A stretch of 64,000 nucleotides of DNA, from assembly GCA_050950285.1 (NCBI GenBank), contig JBMNHG010000002.1:760654-824653 (forward strand), read 5' to 3'. Below the pieces are notes generated by a model. It did no database searches and was not told where the DNA came from. It saw nothing but the letters and a program-made list of their open reading frames with translations. Made by a program: the position numbers and the translations under genes. This stretch comes from Kiritimatiellia bacterium (GTDB taxonomy: Bacteria; Verrucomicrobiota; Kiritimatiellia; RFP12; JBMNHG01). Below are positions 32,296 through 40,517 of this stretch, one piece after another; within the stretch, counting starts at the first letter, position 1, and the number at the start of each line of letters is the position of its first letter.

Positions 32296-33929
32296 AACGA
32301 CTCCCCGCCCTTCTCCTCGCCCTTCTCTCGGGCGGACTGCTGTTCCTCGCCTTCCCCCCCGCCGGAAAAGCGGATGCCGCCTGGATCGCGCTCGTCCCCC
32401 TGCTGCTCGCCCTGCGCGGCGCCTCCCCGCGGCGCGGCGCGCTGCTCGGCGCCATCACCGGCTTCGCCTTCTGGACAGGCAACCTCTCGTGGCTGATCGC
32501 GCTCGGCTCGAACGGGGGGCCCACCTGGCTCATCGCGGTGGGCCTTCTCGCGCTTTCCGCCTATTGCGCGCTCTATCTCGCCTGGTACGGCGCGCTGGTG
32601 GCCTGGTCGTGGCGCGCCCTCCCGCTTGGCCGGAATGGCTGGACGCGCGCCCTCGCCGCCCTGCTCATGGAGCCCCTGCTGTGGGTCGGCTGCGAGTTCG
32701 CCCGCGGCTGGTTCTTCACGGGCTTCCCGTGGAATTCGCTCGGCGTGAGCCAGTACCGGAACCTTCCCCTCGCCCAGGCCGCCGCGCTCGGCGGCCTGCC
32801 GCTCCTTTCGCTGCTGCTCGCCATGACGAATGGCGCGATCGCCTCCCTGATCCAGCGCATGGCCGAGGTCTTCCGCGCGACAACCCGCCGGCAGACGGGC
32901 CCGAAGGTGCGCTTTCGCGCCGCCGAACTCCTCGTGGCCGTCATCGTCCTTTGCGCCGCCAGCCTCTGGGGCGCGAAGCGGATCCGGGCATGGCGCGCCG
33001 CCGAACCGGACCTGCCCGCCTGGACGGTCGCCATCGTGCAACCCTACACGCCGTCCATCTTCGAAATCGACGCCGCCGCGCTGGACGCCTCCATCGCCGA
33101 AGCCCTCGGCCACACCGCCTGCGCGGGCATCGCGCGCCCCCATCTCGTGGTCTGGCCGGAATCCTCCCTCCCCGGAACGCTCCCGTACGACCCCGCCGCA
33201 GACGCCGTGGCCAGCAACATCGCCGCCGCCGCGAACGCCCCCGCGCTCGTGGGCGCCGTGGAATACCACCCCGGCCCCGGACCGGACCCGCGCGAAGGGG
33301 CGCGCTGCTACAACTCGTCGGTCCTCTACGGCGCCGACGGCGCCGCCCGCGCCATCTATCGCAAACAGCACCTCGTGCCCTTCGGCGAGTACATCCCCTT
33401 CGAAACCCTCTTCCCGTCGCTGAAACAGCTCCTCCCCATAGGCGAAAGCTGCCTCCCCGGAGAACCCTGCGTGCCGATGGAGGTCGACGGGCTCCTCTTC
33501 TCGCCCCTCATCTGCTTCGAGGACATCTTCCCCTACCTCGCACGGCGCGCCGTGGCCGGAGGCGCCCGCCTTCTCGTGAACCAGACGAACGACGCCTGGT
33601 TCGACGGCTCCAGCGAGCCCTGCCAGCACCTCGCCCAGTCGGTCTTCCGCGCCATCGAAAACGGCGTGCCGCTCGTCCGTTCCGCGAACGGCGGCGTGTC
33701 GGGCCTGATCGATCCCGTGGGACGAACCACCCTGCTCGCCTCGGATGGCCGCGACTCGGGATTCAGCGGCTTCCTCGTGACCCGCGCCGTGCCGCCGCCG
33801 TCCACGTGCCCCGCCACCCCCTACACGCGCTTCGGCGACTGGACCTGCGGACTCCCCGCCCTTTGCGTGACGCTTCTCGCCACGCTGGGCCTCTCCTGGC
33901 GCAAGCGCACGCCGCCTGCCGACCCTTGA
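32292..33929 (+). CDS. lnt: apolipoprotein N-acyltransferase
   Basis: N-terminal polytopic domain plus CN-hydrolase domain with E (VVWPESSLPG), K (YRKQHLVPFGEY), C (LICFEDIFP) triad; ATG overlaps upstream stop (ATGA). Confidence 0.85.
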   Translation: MKRLPALLLALLSGGLLFLAFPPAGKADAAWIALVPLLLALRGASPRRGALLGAITGFAFWTGNLSWLIALGSNGGPTWLIAVGLLALSAYCALYLAWYGALVAWSWRALPLGRNGWTRALAALLMEPLLWVGCEFARGWFFTGFPWNSLGVSQYRNLPLAQAAALGGLPLLSLLLAMTNGAIASLIQRMAEVFRATTRRQTGPKVRFRAAELLVAVIVLCAASLWGAKRIRAWRAAEPDLPAWTVAIVQPYTPSIFEIDAAALDASIAEALGHTACAGIARPHLVVWPESSLPGTLPYDPAADAVASNIAAAANAPALVGAVEYHPGPGPDPREGARCYNSSVLYGADGAARAIYRKQHLVPFGEYIPFETLFPSLKQLLPIGESCLPGEPCVPMEVDGLLFSPLICFEDIFPYLARRAVAGGARLLVNQTNDAWFDGSSEPCQHLAQSVFRAIENGVPLVRSANGGVSGLIDPVGRTTLLASDGRDSGFSGFLVTRAVPPPSTCPATPYTRFGDWTCGLPALCVTLLATLGLSWRKRTPPADP

Positions 33930-34378
33930 CGGCCCGGAGGTTCCCGGGCAATTCGCCGATCCGTCCGATCCGACCGATTCCGCCAACCCGCCCGCCGCGA
34001 TCGATTCCGTCCGCACCGGGTCGTGCCACCTCGTCCGCGACGGCTTCAAGACCCTTCGCCCCGCCGAGACCGGCACCGACTTCCCCTGCTATGCCATCGA
34101 AGAGGAGTCGCTTGCCCAGGGCGCAAGGATGCGCCCGACAAAGTTTTGGCATTGTTTTTTTGCATCGACATCCTGTATCCTTGGCTACGTCGCTATTGTG
34201 TTGTTTTGTTTTCCATTCCGCGTTCCATTCCAAGATGGCGCTTCATGTCATTCCAACCACTCTTCCCATGGAAAACGATTGACTTTTCACTTCTGGCGCG
34301 GTGCGTCGCCGCGCAGAAAACAAAACGAAAAACAACCCTGCAAAGCCACGTCCCCTGCCGGGGAGAAAGGAGCCAGCA

Positions 34379-36769
34379 ATGAAAAAACTGCTCTGCCTGG
34401 GGCTGATGATGGCCCTGATCGGCAACGCCGGGGCTGGAAACTGGTATTTCAGTCCGGATGGCGACGATGGAAACTATGGGAATGTGCTGTCCGCGCCGCG
34501 GCGGTCGGTCAATGCCTGGTTGGGGCTCTACCGCTTCAGATCCGGCGACACGATCTACCTCCTGCCCGGTACGCACGACCGGATCGACTGGGGGTTTCAC
34601 GGTGATTACCTGCTCAAAATCACGTTCGTCGGCATCAAGGCGGACGGCTCGCCGGCCGATCCGGGCGAGGTCGTCCTCACCGGCGGCGGCACGAACACCT
34701 GCTGCCGGATGGTTCGCCTAAAGGACTTCTCCTTCCGGAACATCACCTTCCGCGACGGTTGGGGCGATGGTTGCCGCGGTGGCGCCCTGAACGGACAGGA
34801 TGGATCGTATACCGGAACCGCGACGTTGGTCTCGAACTGCGTTTTCGAAAGCTGTTCCTCCACGCTTTCCGGCGGAGCCATCTGGTTTTCCGGCGGTTCG
34901 CCGACGTTCATGGACTGCACGTTCCGGAACTGCAAGGCGAAGGCGGTCGGCGCGGTCGATCTTTCGAGCTGCACGTCCGCGGTTTCGTTCGTGCGCTGCA
35001 CGTTCGACTCCAACGCCGCGACGAACGGCGCGGCCGGCGCGGTCTCGTTCGGGCACAACGGCAACGAAACCGTGACGTTCGGCGCGCGTCTGGACGGCTG
35101 CCTCTTCACGAACAACACGGCGACGACGACCGGCGGCGCCTTCGTGGGACTCGTCGAAAACGCCACGGACACGTCCTTCGTCGCGAACCGGGCGGGGACG
35201 CACGGCGGCGTCTGGTACTACAGCGGCTATGCGAGCGGGCTCGCCGGCGACTACGCGCTCACGAACACCTTCGTCGACTGCACGTTCGCCGGGAACCATG
35301 CCGTCGGCAAAGGCGGCGTGTTCAGCCACGCCTATCCGAAACGCTTCCGATTCACCGATTGCGAATTCATCGCGAACGGGTCCGATTCCTCGGGAGGCAT
35401 TCTGCAGCCGGAGGATACCGGCCATCGTGAATGGCTTCGGGCGGAGGGCTGCCGGTTCGAACGGAACCAGGCGAAGGGGAACGGCGTCTTCGGGCTTGGG
35501 AGCACATTCGAGGACACGGTCCTCAGCCGGTGCGCGTTCGTCAACAACGCCGCGACGAACGGTTCCTTCGGCGTGATGTCCGCGGGGTATGCGGAAAAAG
35601 AGATCAGCACCTGCGGTTTCGTGATGGCGGACTGCGTGTTCTCGAACAACACGGCGACGGCCGATGGCGGCGTGTTCGGCGGCCTGGTGAAGTCCGCGAC
35701 GAACTGCGTGTTCCACGGGAACCATGCCGCGAACGGCGGCGTCTACTCGTTCAACGGGTATGCGTCGGGGACGTATTCGGGCCATTACACGCTGACGAAC
35801 ACGTTCGAGGACTGCCGGTTCGAGCGGAACACGGCGGGCAACGGGGCGGTCTTCGAAACGACATGGACGAAGCGCTTCCGTCTGGACCGGTGCACGATCG
35901 CCTCGAACACCGCCTCCGCGAACGGCACCCTCTACTACGGCAGGGACATCTTCGACTACAACTTCAGGCTGGTCGACTGCGATGTGGCCGGGAACGGCGG
36001 AGCGTCGATGTTCGCGAAGGCGAACGAGAATTTCAGTGGCGTTCCCGGCGGCTATACGCAGGACGGCCCCGTCTTCGCCGGAACGGCGTTCCGCGACAAC
36101 ACCGTCACCGTCTATTCCTGTAGCGGTCTGCCCGGCCGCTTCGAGCGCTGCCGGTTCACGGGCAACAGCGGCGCACGCGTCCTCGATTTGGTCGGCAGTC
36201 AGGTCTACATCATCCGGAACTGCCTGTTCGCGGAAAACCAGGGAACCCACGCGGACGGAGGCGTTGTCGGCCTCGAGTGGCAGGTGGCGTCGCGCGTCAA
36301 ATTCGAGAACAACACGCTCGTCGACAATGTCGCCGCAACGGCGCCCTACGCCGTCTGGACGGACGGCTGGTGTACGACCGACAATGGTTGTTCCTACAAG
36401 AACAACGTCTTCTACGGGAACGCCGGCGCGGGCGGAACCCCCGGCAGCCAGGTGCCGCCGATGATCAACACGCATGCCGCCAACTGCTGGTTCCAGACCG
36501 GCGCCAGCTCGATCGCGAACGGAACGCGCGGAAACATCGTGGGGACGGATCCCGGCTTCGTCCCGCCCGAGCAGATCGCGCGCCACGGCGTGCCGAAGTA
36601 CATGCCCCGCCGCTCGTCCGTGCTGCGCCGGAACGGGGCGGTCCTCGACTGGATGGACGCCGCCGCGCTTGATCTCGCGGGGAACCCGCGCGTCGAGGAC
36701 GGGACGGTCGCCATCGGCTGCTACCAGTGCGCGGTGCCGCAGGACGGAACGGCTGTCATCGTCCGCTAG
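34379..36769 (+). CDS. secreted right-handed beta-helix protein with chlamydial Pmp-type FxxN / GGA[IV] repeats
   Basis: Signal peptide MKKLLCLGLMMALIGNAGAG; >12 FxxN motifs (FRNC, FDSN, FTNN, FVAN, FAGN, FIAN, FERN, FVNN, FSNN, FHGN) alternating with GGAI/GGAF/GGV; SD-like GGAGAAAGGAG upstream. Confidence 0.7.
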   Translation: MKKLLCLGLMMALIGNAGAGNWYFSPDGDDGNYGNVLSAPRRSVNAWLGLYRFRSGDTIYLLPGTHDRIDWGFHGDYLLKITFVGIKADGSPADPGEVVLTGGGTNTCCRMVRLKDFSFRNITFRDGWGDGCRGGALNGQDGSYTGTATLVSNCVFESCSSTLSGGAIWFSGGSPTFMDCTFRNCKAKAVGAVDLSSCTSAVSFVRCTFDSNAATNGAAGAVSFGHNGNETVTFGARLDGCLFTNNTATTTGGAFVGLVENATDTSFVANRAGTHGGVWYYSGYASGLAGDYALTNTFVDCTFAGNHAVGKGGVFSHAYPKRFRFTDCEFIANGSDSSGGILQPEDTGHREWLRAEGCRFERNQAKGNGVFGLGSTFEDTVLSRCAFVNNAATNGSFGVMSAGYAEKEISTCGFVMADCVFSNNTATADGGVFGGLVKSATNCVFHGNHAANGGVYSFNGYASGTYSGHYTLTNTFEDCRFERNTAGNGAVFETTWTKRFRLDRCTIASNTASANGTLYYGRDIFDYNFRLVDCDVAGNGGASMFAKANENFSGVPGGYTQDGPVFAGTAFRDNTVTVYSCSGLPGRFERCRFTGNSGARVLDLVGSQVYIIRNCLFAENQGTHADGGVVGLEWQVASRVKFENNTLVDNVAATAPYAVWTDGWCTTDNGCSYKNNVFYGNAGAGGTPGSQVPPMINTHAANCWFQTGASSIANGTRGNIVGTDPGFVPPEQIARHGVPKYMPRRSSVLRRNGAVLDWMDAAALDLAGNPRVEDGTVAIGCYQCAVPQDGTAVIVR

Positions 36770-36780
36770 GGAGGGAATCC

Positions 36781-39393
36781 GTGAGAAAGCTTGCCCTCGC
36801 CCTTGCCTGGACATGGTCGGGCGCTCTGCCCCTGTTCGCCGCGCCCGCGCTGACGGGCGAGACGTCCAATCCCGCCAACAACTGCTTTGCGCGCGGGACG
36901 CCCGTCGTCATGACGCTGAAGGCGTCGGGGCTTCCCGCGGAAAGCCGGCGTCCGTTCGTGCTGGGGGTCTACGACCACAAGGATCGGCGGGTTGGCGAGG
37001 TGAAGGGCGACATCGTCGCGGACGCGGAAGGTGCCTGGACGGGCGGCTTTTCCTTGCCGTCCGAACGGTACGGGTTCTACCGCGTCCGCGTCGACGACGC
37101 GGGCGGGCTCGAGTTCCCCAAGGTCGGTTCGCGTCCCGCGAACTGCATCACCTACGCGGTCCTCGCCGATCCGGCGTCGCGTCCGGTCCTCTCGCAGGAA
37201 GAGGCGTTCTTCGGCCTGCACGGCAACGCCTCGGGCGCGGCCGACCTGGCGCCCTGGCTGGGCGCCCGGCAGCAGATGGGCGGAATCGACCCGCGGAAGC
37301 CGCCGTCCGACGCGGCCTGGCCGCGCTACGGCTATCTCGTCTGTTCGCGGCTCGAGCCCTGGCAACCGCTGTTCGCCTGTTTCGAGCCCGCCTTCCAGAA
37401 AGACGTCCTCCAGGCGAAGAAGATCACGTGGACGGTGCCTCTCGTGGACATGGAGGGCGGGGCCGAGGCCCTGGACCGGGCGATGCGAAACTATGCGGAG
37501 CTCGCCAAGGAGAACTGGCCGCCGAACATGCCCCGGCGCGTCTACGAGATCTTCTGGGAGCCGGATCTGACGATGGCGTCGCCCGGGCAGCTGGTGCGCG
37601 CGGCCAAGGTCGTCCATGCGGCGATCCACGCCGTGGATCCGCAGGCGATCGTCGCGGCGCCGTCGTTCTCGAACGCCAGGTCGCACAAGCTCTTGCGCGA
37701 GTGCCTCGAGGCGGGGCTCGGGGACTGCATGGAAGCCCTGTCGGTCCACTGCTACAACGCCTTTCCGCCCGAAGCCAACGCCTTCGTGGACAACATCCGC
37801 CGCACGAAGGCCCTTCTTCGCGAATACCTTGGAAAGGACATTCCGCTCGTCGGGACGGAAAACGGCTATCTGGCCGTCGCCACGCAAGACGAGGAATACC
37901 TGCAAATGACGGGCCACGTCCGCGTCCAGCTCATCCTGCTGGGCGAGGGCTTCTGGTTCAACTGCCCGTTCTACGGGTACGACCACCATGCCACCTGCCA
38001 GGGCGATTACGGATTGACGTACAATCTCGAGAACACGCCCGGAAAAACCGTCTGGGGCCCCCATCGCGTGTCCCCGCGCCCGGCGCTTGCGGCGCTTTCC
38101 GCCGCCAGCCATCTGTTGGACGGGTATCGCCCCACCTGCACGATCGAGTGGCTCGGCGAGACCGTCCTGGGCTATGCCTACCAGAACGGAGCCGGCGATT
38201 GCAGGCTGGCGCTCTGGGACTTCGGCGGCACGAGCGAGGTGGAGATTCCGATCGGCGGCGGCCCGGTCGAGCTCGCGGACATGATGGGCAACCGCCGCAC
38301 CGTCCAGGCGAACGACGGCCAGCTCAAGCTGGCGCTCGGCGCCGAGCCCGTGTACGTCCTCGGCGTCGATCCCTCTATCTGGGGCAAGGCGGCGCAGGCG
38401 GAACTCAAGTGGAGCGATCGCAAGTTCAAGAGGGCCGACGCCGATGCGCCCGTGCAGATCGCGCGCGTGCTGCCTTCGTTCGAACGCGGCGAGCCCGGCG
38501 TCTCCGTCGCGCTGGAGAACGGGGCCGACGCCCGCATCGAAGGCGAGCTCGAAGTGCGCATCCGCGGCATTCCCGAGGCGCGGCAGGCCGTTCGCTTCGA
38601 TGTCGAGGCGGGTGGCGCCGCAACCGTCCGCCTGGCGATGCCGGATTTCACGCCGGATCCGTTCGCCTCCTACGACGTCGAGACGACCGTCGCCCCGGAA
38701 AAGGCCAAGTCCGCGCGGAAGGCCGTCCGCCTGAACTTCCTGCCGGCCCGGAAAATGGAGACGTGGGACGAGCTGGTCCTCGAGAAGGCGCCGGCGACGA
38801 AAGGGCGCAACGGCTACACGATCGCCGACGACAACGACTGCTCGGTGGCCTTGGGGCTGGGATGGAACGAACGCTGGTTCTTCCTGGGCTTCACGGTGAC
38901 GGACGACGAGTTCTCAAACACCAGCACCGGCGCCATGTCCTGGCAGGGCGATGCCATCCAGGTCGGCCTTGCGAAGGATCCCTTCGTCAAGCCCACGCCG
39001 AACTCCTATGCGGACGACCTCAACCGGGCCCTCACGGAGACGACCCTGGCCCTGACGCCCGAGGGGCCGACGGCCTGGCGGACCATGACCTTCGACGATG
39101 AAACGCTGCCCTGCGGCAAAAACGGCCGGATCGACGCTTCCGAGTGTCCTTTGGAAATCGTCAACGAAAAGACGGACGTTGGCGTTCTGACGCACTACCG
39201 CGTGGCAATCCCCTGGAAGTTCCTGAACATGAATGCGGCAAAAGCCGGCGACGTCGTCTGGTTCGCGGCGATGGTCAACGACCAGGACGCCGACACCCTG
39301 GCGACGGAACTGAAGTCCTGCTCGATCGACATCTTCGACCTCAAGCAGGCCATGCCGAAGAATTTTGGAGCCGTCACGCTATGTGCGGACTGA
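36781..39393 (+). CDS. putative secreted glycoside hydrolase (TIM-barrel-like) with C-terminal CBM9/DOMON-like sugar-binding domain
   Basis: GTG start then signal peptide RKLALALAWTWSGALPLFAAPA; central YEIFWEPD / VGTENGY blocks suggestive of a retaining GH; C-terminal GLGWNERWFFLGFTVTDDE...WQGDAIQVGL resembles CBM9-like domains. Confidence 0.45.
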   Translation: MRKLALALAWTWSGALPLFAAPALTGETSNPANNCFARGTPVVMTLKASGLPAESRRPFVLGVYDHKDRRVGEVKGDIVADAEGAWTGGFSLPSERYGFYRVRVDDAGGLEFPKVGSRPANCITYAVLADPASRPVLSQEEAFFGLHGNASGAADLAPWLGARQQMGGIDPRKPPSDAAWPRYGYLVCSRLEPWQPLFACFEPAFQKDVLQAKKITWTVPLVDMEGGAEALDRAMRNYAELAKENWPPNMPRRVYEIFWEPDLTMASPGQLVRAAKVVHAAIHAVDPQAIVAAPSFSNARSHKLLRECLEAGLGDCMEALSVHCYNAFPPEANAFVDNIRRTKALLREYLGKDIPLVGTENGYLAVATQDEEYLQMTGHVRVQLILLGEGFWFNCPFYGYDHHATCQGDYGLTYNLENTPGKTVWGPHRVSPRPALAALSAASHLLDGYRPTCTIEWLGETVLGYAYQNGAGDCRLALWDFGGTSEVEIPIGGGPVELADMMGNRRTVQANDGQLKLALGAEPVYVLGVDPSIWGKAAQAELKWSDRKFKRADADAPVQIARVLPSFERGEPGVSVALENGADARIEGELEVRIRGIPEARQAVRFDVEAGGAATVRLAMPDFTPDPFASYDVETTVAPEKAKSARKAVRLNFLPARKMETWDELVLEKAPATKGRNGYTIADDNDCSVALGLGWNERWFFLGFTVTDDEFSNTSTGAMSWQGDAIQVGLAKDPFVKPTPNSYADDLNRALTETTLALTPEGPTAWRTMTFDDETLPCGKNGRIDASECPLEIVNEKTDVGVLTHYRVAIPWKFLNMNAAKAGDVVWFAAMVNDQDADTLATELKSCSIDIFDLKQAMPKNFGAVTLCAD

Positions 39394-40427
39394 TTTTGCA
39401 GGCGGCGCTTTCGGTTTGCGGGGTCCTGGGGCAGAGCCAGGGCCTCACCAACGAGCCGATCGCCTGGTGTTCCTGCGCCTGGATCGCCGACGACGGCAAC
39501 GGGAACGTGTATCTGCCGGACGGCTGGATGATCCCGGCCGGGACGACCCGGGCGGTCCGGTCGGAGACGACGCGCTCCCCGCCGCCCGCGCTTGTCGGCA
39601 CCCCGCCGGACGTGTCGGCGTTCGACTGGGGGGGCAACGTCCTGGCGACAGGGACGCTGCCGAACAGCGGGGACTACGTCTTCTCGACGAAGCATCCCGA
39701 TTCGAAAATCCACCGCGTGACGCCGGAGGGCCGGGAGATCCGGGATGGATTCTGGCCGCGCAAGACGTATGCCGAGCGGTTCTGCGTCGCGGACGGGGAT
39801 CTCTGGGCGCTTGCGGGCCGTGCCGTGCGCCTCTCGGAGCGGCTCCGTCTTGGGGAAGGCGCGACGATCGGCGGCGGCTACGATTCGAGCGTGTACGGCG
39901 TCGCCCGGGGCAACGACGGCTGGTGGCTGGCGACCTCGCAGGGGGCGCACTATTATCCGGATGACGAGGGCGGACTTTATCTTCGCCGCATCGGCGGGCT
40001 CGCCCAGCCGACGGCGCTGGCGCTTTCGCGCGGACGCGTCGTCGCCGTGTTCGGGTGCCGCATCATGATGTTCGACCTCGACGACCGGGCCGACGAGCAG
40101 GTCAAAGGCGGCCGGACCGAGTGGAACTGGTTCGTCGGCGCGAGTTGGAAAACGCATGTGGACGGCATCGACGTCATCGACGGCGTGTTCTATCTGCATG
40201 ACGCGGTGAAGGACGAGACCTGGCGGTTCGACCCGACATACGGCGACGACGACTACGCGCGTCGCGCCAAACGGATGTGCCGGTCCGACGTCGTCGTCAC
40301 GAACCGCACGTGTGGCGGAACCATCGGCGGCTTGGAGGCGACGGCCATCGCCCATGAGGGGGCGTGGGCGGTTGCGTACGTGCCCGGGAAGAAGGCGATC
40401 GTCGTCTTCAAGGAGACCGGGCCCTGA
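39381..40427 (+). CDS. hypothetical secreted protein (overlaps upstream gene by 13 nt)
   Basis: Signal-like MCGLILQAALSVCGVLG; 348 aa; no identifiable domain. Confidence 0.4.
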   Translation: MCGLILQAALSVCGVLGQSQGLTNEPIAWCSCAWIADDGNGNVYLPDGWMIPAGTTRAVRSETTRSPPPALVGTPPDVSAFDWGGNVLATGTLPNSGDYVFSTKHPDSKIHRVTPEGREIRDGFWPRKTYAERFCVADGDLWALAGRAVRLSERLRLGEGATIGGGYDSSVYGVARGNDGWWLATSQGAHYYPDDEGGLYLRRIGGLAQPTALALSRGRVVAVFGCRIMMFDLDDRADEQVKGGRTEWNWFVGASWKTHVDGIDVIDGVFYLHDAVKDETWRFDPTYGDDDYARRAKRMCRSDVVVTNRTCGGTIGGLEATAIAHEGAWAVAYVPGKKAIVVFKETGP

Positions 40428-40517
40428 CCCCTCGTGCCTTTGCGATCCCACTTGAGCCGGAACCGCCGCAAGCGCAAGGACGGCAGCGTTTACGTCTCGC
40501 CGGAACACTACGCCTTC

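Noticed and set aside
34130-34378. AT-rich 250-bp block upstream of the Pmp-like gene as a possible IS remnant or sRNA
   Set aside because: No inverted repeats or ORF. It carries an SD (GGAGAAAGGAG) and is best explained as the promoter/leader of 34379..36769.
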